In this document: one piece after another, positions 9,006 to 19,743 of the stretch
Layout: every line of letters begins with the position of its first letter
Position numbering within the stretch: the first letter of the stretch is position 1
From: an uncultured bacterium
Lineage (GTDB): Bacteria; CAYUVA01
Direction of reading: 5' to 3'
NCBI GenBank assembly: GCA_964448115.1
Contig: CAYUVA010000033.1
Location: forward strand, 1-53,369
Length of the DNA: 53,369 nucleotides
Position numbers and translations under genes: made by a program
Notes under the pieces: model-generated
The model's database searches: none
The model's input: only the letters and a program-made list of their open reading frames with translations
What the model was told of the DNA's origin: nothing

Positions 9006-10664
9006 TTATCTTTGCAGGGCATTTATCGCTTGATTCAGGTCGAAAATCAGTATCTTAGCGATATTAGGATCCCTTTTGGGCAACATCCGGGCATCGAGGG
9101 GCAGGTAATTCTCTCTTAGGACCGGATGATAGAGGACATAATGGTTCTCGAAAACCATAAGCGGCATTGTTCCAGAATTCATTAGCCCATCGAGAAACTC
9201 GCTCTCCCATACATACCGCTCCCAATCGACGATCAGATAGACCGCTCCCAACTCCCTCGCTTTCACCGCACCAGCCCAATCAACGGGCATGCGCAGGCTG
9301 TTCTGTTTGCCAAGGTAAAATGCGAAGATAGGGGTCATCGTGGATACATTGCCCAAGCCCTTGTGGCTGCTCATGTAGTCGATAGCCTCTCCATAGCCTG
9401 ATCGAAGCGCATGGATGCTACAGATCTCGCTGCTTACACTAATGATAATAACAGCACAAAGTAATGTCGCAACCGCCAGGGAGAGCTTACCTCCTAGTTT
9501 TCGAGCTACCATATTTATTATCCAATTCAGGCAGTATCCGCTTGCAATGGCGAAGAAGGGGAGGCAGACGGTGATCGTACGAAAGAGACGCTGAGAGGCA
9601 AAGGAATAAAAAAGTAGCGGAAATAGCCCGAAGGCAAGGATATATAGTCCCTTGACATCCCGCCTTAACGCCAGCAGTAGCATACCGAGCATGTAAAGGC
9701 AGAATAACAAGGCAGAATCCATTCTCCAAAGCTGCTTGAGATAATAAAAGGGATGCTCGAAGTCGAAGCGGGACTCGGTGGCGAACTTGTGCCTCATCGC
9801 CTCGAGGTAGCTACCCGGCTCGTATCTCAAGTAATGAGGGCTGAAGGTGATATAATAAACCATGTTAACAGTAGCGACGATCACTAGAAGTCCAGTTGTA
9901 AAAGCAACGACCAAGATGAAAAGCTGCTTGTGCCAGCTTCCTTTCCCTCTAATGCTCCCGATAAGGATAAATAAATAAGGCAGCGGAACTATAATGATCC
10001 ATCGATAGCTAGTTGTGATTGATGCTCCAAATAGCAGACCTGATGAAAATAGAGCTAGTAATCGAGATCTTCCTTGAATCTCCAAGCCAAAGTATAAAAC
10101 CACCACCGATGCAAGCAAAAACAGTGTTGAATCGATCTCATGCATATTGAGTCGAGAATAGAATATATGATATGGCATCAAAGCCAGAATAAAGCTGGAG
10201 AATACAGCGATGCGCGCATCGAACATCCGCTTTGCAACCATATAGACCAACGCGACCTGCAAGGCGGCGCAAATCACGGAGAGAATGGCTCCCGTGTAAT
10301 CCCCAAGCCCTACAAACGCAGAGAAAAGGCTTATCAGGATCACATGAAGCGGCTTCCAGATAAAGACCGGGAAGCCAGGGTAGCCCATTGGCGATGCTGG
10401 CATGCTTGAGCTAAATCCGAGCCAGTTGAGCAAGGTCAGCCAAAGCTGCTCGACTCTCCAGGAGAAGAACTTTGCTCCCATGAGGAACAACCCCTCATCC
10501 CAGAAGAGCAGCCCCTTGGCGGTCAGCTTGTATGCCCTAATCAACACCGAGACTAGGATTATCCCTCCAATCAGCCATGCATCATAATTCCATGTTTTGT
10601 TCAACTCGCTCCTTGCAGTCATTGATATCATAATATACCAGTATGGGAGGATAAAATTGACCAA
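9006..10664 (-). CDS. GT-C membrane glycosyltransferase (GT39/PMT_2, ArnT-like)
   Basis: Many TM helices, 'LFWDEG' acidic loop, 'KPLH', 'P..I.YSR' motifs. True start is probably ~10622-10631. Confidence 0.75.
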   Translation of the reverse strand: MVNFILPYWYIMISMTARSELNKTWNYDAWLIGGIILVSVLIRAYKLTAKGLLFWDEGLFLMGAKFFSWRVEQLWLTLLNWLGFSSSMPASPMGYPGFPVFIWKPLHVILISLFSAFVGLGDYTGAILSVICAALQVALVYMVAKRMFDARIAVFSSFILALMPYHIFYSRLNMHEIDSTLFLLASVVVLYFGLEIQGRSRLLALFSSGLLFGASITTSYRWIIIVPLPYLFILIGSIRGKGSWHKQLFILVVAFTTGLLVIVATVNMVYYITFSPHYLRYEPGSYLEAMRHKFATESRFDFEHPFYYLKQLWRMDSALLFCLYMLGMLLLALRRDVKGLYILAFGLFPLLFYSFASQRLFRTITVCLPFFAIASGYCLNWIINMVARKLGGKLSLAVATLLCAVIIISVSSEICSIHALRSGYGEAIDYMSSHKGLGNVSTMTPIFAFYLGKQNSLRMPVDWAGAVKARELGAVYLIVDWERYVWESEFLDGLMNSGTMPLMVFENHYVLYHPVLRENYLPLDARMLPKRDPNIAKILIFDLNQAINALQR

Positions 10665-10685
10665 GATATTGATATGCTGTATAAC
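10657..10685 (+). promoter_or_regulatory. Putative sigma70 promoter of tRNA-Pro
   Basis: TTGACC-17 bp-TATAAC, 10 nt upstream of the tRNA. Confidence 0.45.
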
Positions 10686-10695
10686 TCTGGTAACT

Positions 10696-10770
10696 CGGGG
10701 CGTAGCGCAGCCTGGTTAGCGCGCCTGCCTTGGGAGCAGGAGGTCGCTGGTTCAAATCCAGTCGCCCCGA
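10696..10770 (+). tRNA. tRNA-Pro (anticodon UGG); CCA not encoded
   Basis: Cloverleaf: CGGGGCG/CGCCCCG acceptor stem, GCGC D-stem, CCTGC-CTTGGGA-GCAGG anticodon arm, GGTTCAAATCC T-loop. Confidence 0.97.
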
Positions 10771-10872
10771 TAAAACCGAGTAATGCACGAGTAGCATAAG
10801 CTTCATACGAGAAAAAATATAACTCAATCCACTTAGTTTGGCGGTTCAAAATCCCTCACACCTCAAGCCTTA

Positions 10873-10914
10873 TAAAAAATGGGATATGCCCGCGTTGTTC
10901 GCCGGACATATCCC
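10873..10914 (-). terminator. Intrinsic terminator of groEL
   Basis: Stem gggatatgcccg/cggacatatccc followed by a T-tract on the minus strand. Confidence 0.65.
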
Positions 10915-10947
10915 GCATAACGAAAGATCTATCTATCGTCGGTCAGC

Positions 10948-12606
<1,659 letters not shown>

Positions 12607-12675
12607 TTAATCGAATCTTTCAATCTATTTATTAACCTCAAGATTTCCTTATGTTCCCAATAAATTAACATTACA

Positions 12676-13125
12676 TCAGTCAAGTACAACATCCTTATGT
12701 TGTTCGCTATCTTTTGAGGTTTTTGGCATCCTGACGGTCAGGATTCCATGTTTTAACTTGGCGGTGACAGCATCAGCATCGACGCTGGATGGGATGTTAA
12801 ACCTTCTACTGAAGACGCCGTGCTGTCGTTCAGCTCTAAGGAATCTTCCCTCTTTGTCGCTAAGGGCAGTTCGTTTCCTTTGCCCGAAGATGAGCAATTG
12901 GTTTCCCTGTAGGGTTATAGCCACCTCGTCCTTGGCGAAGCCGGGCAATTCCATCTCTAGCCTGAATTCCTCGGCATCCTCGATGATATCGACTGCTGGC
13001 ACAAGGGTCTCCTCATCTCCCTTACACCATCGTTTTGAGCCGAAGTGCTGCCTCATGAAAAGCTCGTCGAGCATCTCACGGAGCCTCTTTAGCGCTATGT
13101 ACGGGTTGTCCTTTTTTACGGTCAT
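12676..13125 (-). CDS. Hsp20/alpha-crystallin small heat shock protein
   Basis: 'PAVDIIED...ELPG...ER.HG.FSRRF..P..VD...A.LKHGILTVRMPK'. Confidence 0.93.
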   Translation of the reverse strand: MTVKKDNPYIALKRLREMLDELFMRQHFGSKRWCKGDEETLVPAVDIIEDAEEFRLEMELPGFAKDEVAITLQGNQLLIFGQRKRTALSDKEGRFLRAERQHGVFSRRFNIPSSVDADAVTAKLKHGILTVRMPKTSKDSEQHKDVVLD

Positions 13126-13159
13126 AACATCTCACCGCCAGAAATCTTAAGCGTATTGT

Positions 13160-13189
13160 AATATAATATTTGAGTGAGTCTATGTCAAG
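13160..13189 (-). promoter_or_regulatory. sigma70 promoter of hsp20-groEL with an overlapping HAIR-like (HspR) operator
   Basis: Minus strand TTGACA-17-TATATT. The overlapping CTTGACA-N7-ACTCAAA (13169-13189) resembles the HAIR consensus CTTGAGT-N7-ACTCAAG. Confidence 0.6.
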
Positions 13190-13293
13190 TGTTTTTTAAA
13201 TTTCAATTTATATCAGGAACTCTGAATATCAATCTCACCATGAAAAGTCCAGTCAATTGATTGAATCTGAGCCTTGTGATAAATAATCGTTCT

Positions 13294-13641
13294 ATGTTCG
13301 GCATCGGTTTCTCAGAGATAATACTCATCCTCATCGTCGTTCTCATCATCTTCGGTCCCAAGCAAATCCCAGAGGTAGCTCGTTGGTTGGGAAGAACATC
13401 GCTCTATCTGCGAAGGCTTCGCTACGAATGGGAACTTAAGATTCAAAGGGAACTGATGGAAGAAAATATAAAAGAAGATCAGCAAATAGAGGATGACTGG
13501 AAACTGCAATATAAAAGAGCTTACCCATCTTTAACACAAAATAAGAACAATGAACAAGAAACCGAAAGAGAGCAACCCCAGGGACAAGAAGAAAAACAAG
13601 GAAACGGACCAGGAAAGCCAAAAGCAGGACGAAAAGACTAA
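13294..13641 (+). CDS. tatB: Twin-arginine translocase TatA/TatB family subunit
   Basis: MFGIGFSEIILILIVVLIIFGPKQIPEVARWLG; immediately upstream of tatC. Confidence 0.85.
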   Translation: MFGIGFSEIILILIVVLIIFGPKQIPEVARWLGRTSLYLRRLRYEWELKIQRELMEENIKEDQQIEDDWKLQYKRAYPSLTQNKNNEQETEREQPQGQEEKQGNGPGKPKAGRKD

Positions 13642-14482
13642 GGCTGCGACGGAGAGCGAACATGATCTTGGCGAGATGGGCTTTTTGGATCACCTGTCTG
13701 ACCTGCGCAAGCGTCTTTTGTATTCTCTTTGTGCACTTGCCATCGGCTTCATAGGTGCATTTATCTTCTCTAAAGATATCCTCACCATCCTTATACTTCC
13801 CCTAGAGAAAGTTATGCCCCAGGATGGCGACCTTGTTGTATTGAATCTACAGGAGGGGTTCATGAGCCATATCAAGGTCTCCATTCTTGCTGGATTCCTA
13901 TTCGCGCTGCCTATCATATTCTGGCAGGTTTGGCTCAAGTTCATCCACAAGGGATTGTATAAACATGAGCAGGTCTATGCAATAATATTCGTCTTCATCA
14001 CCACCATTAGTTTCTTTGGCGGCGCCGTATTCGGCTATTTCATGGTATTTCCTTATGGATTCGAGTTTTTCTTACAATGGGTCGGAGAGCTGGGGGTGCC
14101 TAAAATATCCCTGGCTCAATATCTCGCCTTTATCACCAGGCTGTTTATCGCCTTTGGAGTCGTGTTCGAGTTGCCGGTGATTATCGTATTATTGAGTCTT
14201 TTAAAGGTGGTTAAAGCCAGGTGGCTCTTTAGAATGAGCAAGTTTTTCATTGTGCTTGCTGTAATCTTCGCTGCCATGATCACCCCCCCAGATTGGATAA
14301 CTCAGCTCATGATCGCCGGACCGCTGATATTGTTATATTTCATCGGCCTTATTACAGCAGCCATAATAGAGGCTATAAGGGGAGATAAGAAAACACAAGA
14401 TCACCAGCAAACTAAACAAGATAGTGATCTAAAAAAAATGGCTGACAAGATAGAGGATGACTCCGACTCGCCCGCCGGTTAA
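13550..14482 (+). CDS. tatC: Twin-arginine translocase TatC
   Basis: 'M.FLDHL.DLRKRL', 'GLYKHE', 'FG.VFELP', 'ITPPD'; six TM helices. Start uncertain. Confidence 0.95.
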   Translation: MNKKPKESNPRDKKKNKETDQESQKQDEKTKAATESEHDLGEMGFLDHLSDLRKRLLYSLCALAIGFIGAFIFSKDILTILILPLEKVMPQDGDLVVLNLQEGFMSHIKVSILAGFLFALPIIFWQVWLKFIHKGLYKHEQVYAIIFVFITTISFFGGAVFGYFMVFPYGFEFFLQWVGELGVPKISLAQYLAFITRLFIAFGVVFELPVIIVLLSLLKVVKARWLFRMSKFFIVLAVIFAAMITPPDWITQLMIAGPLILLYFIGLITAAIIEAIRGDKKTQDHQQTKQDSDLKKMADKIEDDSDSPAG

Positions 14483-15915
14483 AGCATAGCTGATACATAC
14501 TGCAAGCGGAAATATGCCAAAGCATACTCGAAATCAGTAGCGTTCAGGTTCACCTTGGCTTGCACCAGCTCGACCCTGCTGTCCAATAGCTCCTTGAATG
14601 TGATTACCCCAAGGTCGAACTGCGTCTGCATATAACGATAGGTCTCCTCGGCAAGCTGTAGGTGTTTACGGGAAGCATCGAGCGCAAGCTGGGCTTCCCT
14701 AAGGATATCATAGGCTGCCAATACCTGCTCCTTTACCGAGATCTCCTCCTTTTGCCTTTTGTATTCAGCACTCCTCAGCGCCAACTTTGCTTCCTCGATG
14801 GGAACCGTTACATGAGAGCCATCGAATATATTCAGACGAACCTGATCCCGGTCTGTGTATCGATTCCCCTCCACAAAATCAGAAGAATGATTAATAGAAA
14901 TCGATGTATTATCGACCAGCGAAAGGGCAACGGTGAGATCCATCATCCAGTAATCACCGGTGAATTCATCCCTCATCCCCTCATAGACATACTCACTGCG
15001 CAGCTTGTTGTAATAGCTCGAGTAACCGGCGCCCAAGTAAATGCTCGGTAGTCGCGCTGCCTTGGCTACTTTCAGGTATTCACGATACATCTTGATATCC
15101 TCGTCTAGTTTCTTTAGCTCCTGCCTGTTGGATAGCGCATGTTCGATGAAGGATGAAGGATCATCCGGAATATTATCGGGAACCGCCTGGCTCGATTCTA
15201 CGACCTCGAATTCCCGATCCGGCGGCTGATCCAATAATATCATCAGGGATCGCTTTGTTCCTTTAAGGGTGTCCCTTGCAGTTTGTAACATTAGCTTTGA
15301 GTCGAGAAGGAATGCCTCCTCAGCCATGACCTCGAGCGGTATCCCCTTCCCTAGCTCCACCTTTCGTTTGACCCTGGCTAGCGATTCCTCTGCCTTTAGT
15401 ACCGTCTCCTGGTGAACTTTTAAGTCTGCCTTTGCCCGAAGGATGGCGAAATATTGCTGCTTGACCGAGAAAAAGAGATCTCGGCGAGTGATCTCATAGG
15501 ACAAATCGGTTACATTGAGCTTGTGTTTGGCAGCCTTATAGGAGCTGCTGATCTTGCGCCCGGTATAAAGTGGTTGTAATAAGCCGATATCGAATGTCCT
15601 GTTGAACTGATATATAGGAATAAATGGAGAGTTGGGATCCAAATCTCCCCGATGGTAATCGGTCTGGTTGAAGCCAAGAGTTACCTTTGGATAGTACATT
15701 TCTCTGGCATCACCTACTCTAAGCTGGTCGATCTTCGCCTGCTGTTCGATAAGTTCTAAAGATACCGTCTCTTCGGCAGCGATCTTCAAGCAGCTATCTA
15801 GTGTCAGAACTTCCTGCGCTCTTACCATGGATAGCGAAGTTAGTGAAAAGTGCGATATGATGATGATGATGAATATCGAGATCCTCGATGCCATGCCTTT
15901 GTATCCAGCGTTCAT
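14479..15915 (-). CDS. TolC family outer membrane protein
   Basis: Two OEP-type repeats ('YYPKVTL', 'LYTGRKI', 'RLPSIYL', 'G.IT..ELLD'). Start set at MNAG after GAGGAAGG. Confidence 0.85.
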   Translation of the reverse strand: MNAGYKGMASRISIFIIIIISHFSLTSLSMVRAQEVLTLDSCLKIAAEETVSLELIEQQAKIDQLRVGDAREMYYPKVTLGFNQTDYHRGDLDPNSPFIPIYQFNRTFDIGLLQPLYTGRKISSSYKAAKHKLNVTDLSYEITRRDLFFSVKQQYFAILRAKADLKVHQETVLKAEESLARVKRKVELGKGIPLEVMAEEAFLLDSKLMLQTARDTLKGTKRSLMILLDQPPDREFEVVESSQAVPDNIPDDPSSFIEHALSNRQELKKLDEDIKMYREYLKVAKAARLPSIYLGAGYSSYYNKLRSEYVYEGMRDEFTGDYWMMDLTVALSLVDNTSISINHSSDFVEGNRYTDRDQVRLNIFDGSHVTVPIEEAKLALRSAEYKRQKEEISVKEQVLAAYDILREAQLALDASRKHLQLAEETYRYMQTQFDLGVITFKELLDSRVELVQAKVNLNATDFEYALAYFRLQYVSAML

Positions 15916-16054
15916 CTCAATCCTTCCTCGATCTTTGGTTGTAAGCTCTATTTGAATCAAGCCTAATGTCTATCAGAAAATGCAAGAATTGAAAAATTAG
16001 CAAAGAGCTTGACATATCCCTCAAGAATCATAAATTACAACCCGGAGAGCGTAT

Positions 16055-16759
16055 ATGGCTATTACAGACAAAGAGATCGAGCAAAACATAGCAAGGGTTA
16101 AAGATCGCATCGCAAATGCTGCAACTAGAGCGGGAAGAGAACCTGGTGACATAACATTGGTTGCAGTGGCGAAGACTCATCCTGTCGAGCTTATTGAGCA
16201 AGCAGTCAAGCACGGTATCAGCGATATAGGGGAGAATCGGGCACAGGAGCTTCGTGATAAGGCACAAAAGCTAAAAGACCTCTGCCGATGGCACTTTATC
16301 GGACCCATACAGAAGAATAAGGTAAAGTACCTGGCACAATATGCTTCGGTGGTTCACTCTATCGACCGTATGGAGATCGCCGAAGAATTGCAAAAGCGAC
16401 TAGATAGGCTAGACAAGACAATGGAAGTGCTCATCGAGGTTAACATAGGAGATGAACAGCAAAAGGCTGGAACCGGTCCCAAAACCATCGAACCTCTAAT
16501 CATCGGCATCGAAAGACTGGATCGCCTGAAATTATGCGGGCTAATGTGCATCCCCCCCTTTTTGGATGATCCAGAGGCGACCAGACCCTATTTCATAAGA
16601 ATGAGACAATTAGCTGAGCGGTTGCAGGGGTCCGGCTACGAGAATTTAACTCAGCTTTCAATGGGGATGACTGCCGACTTCGAGGCAGCCATCGAGGAGG
16701 GAGCGACCATTGTTCGTGTAGGCACCGCCATCTTCGGTCCCAGAGCCTGTCAAGTATGA
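16055..16759 (+). CDS. yggS: YggS/PROSC PLP homeostasis protein
   Basis: LVAVAKTHP, GENRAQE, WHFIG, LSMGMTADF and VRVGTAIFG motifs. Confidence 0.97.
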   Translation: MAITDKEIEQNIARVKDRIANAATRAGREPGDITLVAVAKTHPVELIEQAVKHGISDIGENRAQELRDKAQKLKDLCRWHFIGPIQKNKVKYLAQYASVVHSIDRMEIAEELQKRLDRLDKTMEVLIEVNIGDEQQKAGTGPKTIEPLIIGIERLDRLKLCGLMCIPPFLDDPEATRPYFIRMRQLAERLQGSGYENLTQLSMGMTADFEAAIEEGATIVRVGTAIFGPRACQV

Positions 16760-16821
16760 ATTCAACAGATAATCCGCCGAAAAAGATCGCTATACTATTT
16801 AGCTCAAATCGATTACCTGAG

Positions 16822-17520
16822 TTAAAAAATGCTTTTTAACACCACCTTTGCTATGCGAGCGAAATCAGAGATCGGCTTGAAGTAAGAAGGGGTATCTGTC
16901 GAACCATAGATCGCCTTTATGGGAACATAGCTGATCTTAGAACCCTGTCTTAAAAACTCGAAGATGAGATGAGTCTCAGTCTCATACCTGCCGGGTGGAA
17001 TATTTATCTTGCGCAGAATCCGCGTTGGGTATAGTCGATAGCCAGATTGCGTGTCTTTTATCCAGCATCCAGCCGCAAGTGAGATAAAAAGGATGCCTAC
17101 AGCGTTAGAGATCCTGCGAACTAATGGAATTCTCTCCGAGCCTCGAATCCGCGATCCGATGATAAGCTGCGAGGGATTCTCCTGGTGAATTCGCACAAAT
17201 TCAGTGATGTAAGCAGGATCATGCTGCCCGTCTGCATCGAGGGTTATGATAGCGCTTACCTGGGGATGATTCTCAAGTATATAAGAAAAGCCGGTGGTCA
17301 AGGCGCACCCTTTTCCCATGTTTCGAGGGTGTACTAATACTAGTGCGCCGGCACCCTTAGCGACCAAGCCGGTTTCATCATCAGAGCCATCATCGATAAC
17401 CACAACGGTTAGCAAAGTAGCAAGGGTTTTATCTACCACCTGGGCAACGCTTTCTTGGGCATTATAGGCTGGTATCAAAGCAGCAATCTTATCATATCTA
17501 TTATTTGTCAATCTGCTCAT
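16822..17520 (-). CDS. Glycosyltransferase family 2 (DPM1-like)
   Basis: IPAYN, DDGS.D, N.GKG.A, LDADGQHDP and DTQSGYR motifs. Confidence 0.92.
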   Translation of the reverse strand: MSRLTNNRYDKIAALIPAYNAQESVAQVVDKTLATLLTVVVIDDGSDDETGLVAKGAGALVLVHPRNMGKGCALTTGFSYILENHPQVSAIITLDADGQHDPAYITEFVRIHQENPSQLIIGSRIRGSERIPLVRRISNAVGILFISLAAGCWIKDTQSGYRLYPTRILRKINIPPGRYETETHLIFEFLRQGSKISYVPIKAIYGSTDTPSYFKPISDFARIAKVVLKSIF

Positions 17521-17538
17521 TGCTGGGAATAAAAAGAC

Positions 17539-17573
17539 ATAGACCTATCCTCCTTGAGGGAGAATAGGTCTAT
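17539..17573 (-). terminator. Intrinsic terminator after the 150 aa secreted protein gene
   Basis: atagacctat(cctcc)...(gggaga)ataggtctat hairpin, followed by GTCTTTTT on the minus strand. Confidence 0.7.
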
Positions 17574-17603
17574 TAGTTTTCTTGTATAGCCTTTAGGTTC
17601 GCC

Positions 17604-18056
17604 TTATTCGTAAATGAAGGTAATACCTATAGCCATACCTATGTGCCAATAGAAGATAGCACCGTAGCCCTGAACTTCGGATCTAGCCTCGCTTGAGTCA
17701 TACGGGCTGGGCCAACGGAGCACCAAGCTTCCACGGTCAGCATTGTTGTTCATAGAGAAATCCCTGGCTGCCTTACCTGTATAGTAAGCGTAAGCAGCGC
17801 CTGGCGTCAGGTAGATGGTGTCGCTGGTTGCGATCGTTGTATAATCGCTGTCATCATAGTAATCAACGGTTACAGTGAAGGTCTCATCGGTAACATTCTT
17901 GACCGTTACCCAGGTGTCTTCCAAGGTCGCCTGTGTGCCAGGAAAATCATTAACAAACCAGGGGAAGTTGATGGTGTTGCCAACAACGCCAAATGCCATG
18001 GAGGCTGCCAACAGTAGCCCTAGAACCATTACTGAGAAGATTCCGAATCTTTTCAC
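17604..18056 (-). CDS. Hypothetical secreted beta-rich protein (150 aa)
   Basis: GTG start with RBS GGAGG, signal peptide ending ...SMAFG, alternating beta-strand pattern. Confidence 0.8.
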   Translation of the reverse strand: MKRFGIFSVMVLGLLLAASMAFGVVGNTINFPWFVNDFPGTQATLEDTWVTVKNVTDETFTVTVDYYDDSDYTTIATSDTIYLTPGAAYAYYTGKAARDFSMNNNADRGSLVLRWPSPYDSSEARSEVQGYGAIFYWHIGMAIGITFIYE

Positions 18057-18175
18057 TTAGCTTTTTCCCTCCTTTCAATCATAATTTATATTCCAAAGGC
18101 TTTCATCTTTCCTTATGGACTCAGCTATTTCATTGTAGCTTATCAAGCTTATACTTTCAACCCCTATGATCCAGC

Positions 18176-18203
18176 ATTATACAGCAGAGATTTCTTATGT
18201 CAA
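18176..18203 (-). promoter_or_regulatory. Consensus sigma70 promoter
   Basis: Minus strand TTGACA-16 bp-TATAAT, both hexamers perfect. Confidence 0.7.
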
Positions 18204-18245
18204 GACTAATTTCAATTTCCATAGAATTACCATCATTTAAATTTG

Positions 18246-18263
18246 TTGCACATTTTATGCCAA
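18246..18263 (-). promoter_or_regulatory. Putative sigma54 (-24/-12) promoter
   Basis: Minus strand TTGGCATAAAATGTGCAA with exact GG-N10-GC spacing. Confidence 0.45.
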
Positions 18264-18552
18264 CTGTCAACTTGAACTTAAAGACCCTTTATGATATTCA
18301 TCCTTTCATACATCATCAATCATCATGGCGACTTTCATCATAATTTATAGGGATATTCTAAACTTCCTGGGCTAACTAACACTTGACAAATATTGACACA
18401 TATTGTCCGATGCTAGCTCTACACTACTTCAATTTTCCATTTGCAAAATCCAAACCGAGAATTTGGGCATAAAGATGTTGTTTTCTTATTGAAATGGTTA
18501 TATATTATACTAAATTAAACGGGGTGGATTTTGAGATTCGCTCCAGGAGAAT

Positions 18553-19740
18553 ATGTATGTGAGCACGAAAATCCAGAAATTCATCGATGCTGAGGAGCTT
18601 AGGGTCAGCGGAAGGCTTGACCAGGCTTTGAAGCTATATATGGAGATATTAGAGGAGGATCCTGTCTTTTATCCTGCCCTTGAGAAGATCGGCGATGTAT
18701 ATATGGACGATGAATCGCCAAACCGAGCACTCGAATACTACTTCAAGGCATGCAAGGGATTCAAGGAGGAAGGAAGCGACACAAGAGCAGCAAATGTGCT
18801 CAAAAAGATGATAAAGATCGATCCCCGCTCAACTACCAGGTTCCTCAAGGAGGCGAGAAGATTATTGCATGACATAGAATCGGATACACTGAAGGTCATC
18901 CCCTCTGGGATGGTCTCCGAGCTGGTCTCCCGCCCCGCATTCTTAAAAGACCTCAATGAAGAGCAGTTTGCCGCTATGGTAAAAAGGATGGATGCGGTGG
19001 AGGTGAAAAAGGGAAAATATCTATTCAAGGATGGAGATGAGGGGGATTCAATATACTTCGTATTCAAGGGAGTTGCTGCTATTGTAACCAATGATAAGAA
19101 AGGACAGGAATTGGAGCTGGCTAGATTCACCAGGGGGGATTTTTTCGGCGAGTATGGCTTTTTTACCGGAGGTAAGCGATCCGCATCGGTAAAAGCACTG
19201 ACCGACCTGGTCGTCTTCGAGTTAACCAAGAGCAGCGTGGACGCTTTGCTTAGGGACAAACCAGAGATCACCAAGATACTCTATCAGTTCTACAAATACC
19301 GCGTGCTTGATATCGCACTTGCAAGATCCAGGCTCTTTTATGACCTGACACCTGAGGAAAGAAAAAAGATCATCAATTCCTTCCAATTCATAAGAGCGAA
19401 AAAGAACGACCTGATCATACAAGAAGGCAAGGAAAGCGATGAGCTCTATCTGATTAAAAGCGGCGAGGTCAAGGTCTTCACCAGAGATCCTAAATCAAAG
19501 AAACCTATTTTGCTTGCCATACTGGGACCTCATGACTTCTTCGGAGAGATCGCCTTTATCACCAATCAGTCGCGCTCCGCATCGGTGGTGGTCAGCAAGG
19601 ATTCCGAGCTGTTGCGTATTGAGAAACGGAAAATGGAGGATATTATCTACCAGTTCCCGCAGATCTCTAAGCGATTGCAGAGCGTCTTCAAGGAGCGCAA
19701 CTATCATAAAAGCTCGGTCAATACCAAGCAGAATCCCTGA
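18553..19740 (+). CDS. TPR plus tandem cyclic-nucleotide-binding domain protein
   Basis: N-terminal TPR-like helices; two 'GDFFGE......RSASV' cNMP signatures. Confidence 0.88.
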   Translation: MYVSTKIQKFIDAEELRVSGRLDQALKLYMEILEEDPVFYPALEKIGDVYMDDESPNRALEYYFKACKGFKEEGSDTRAANVLKKMIKIDPRSTTRFLKEARRLLHDIESDTLKVIPSGMVSELVSRPAFLKDLNEEQFAAMVKRMDAVEVKKGKYLFKDGDEGDSIYFVFKGVAAIVTNDKKGQELELARFTRGDFFGEYGFFTGGKRSASVKALTDLVVFELTKSSVDALLRDKPEITKILYQFYKYRVLDIALARSRLFYDLTPEERKKIINSFQFIRAKKNDLIIQEGKESDELYLIKSGEVKVFTRDPKSKKPILLAILGPHDFFGEIAFITNQSRSASVVVSKDSELLRIEKRKMEDIIYQFPQISKRLQSVFKERNYHKSSVNTKQNP

Positions 19741-19743
19741 TCG

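Noticed and set aside
10696-10770. tRNA-Pro as an island integration site
   Set aside because: No duplicated tRNA 3' end or integrase was seen in the window.
10582-10849. Short minus-strand ORFs
   Set aside because: They are antisense to tRNA-Pro.
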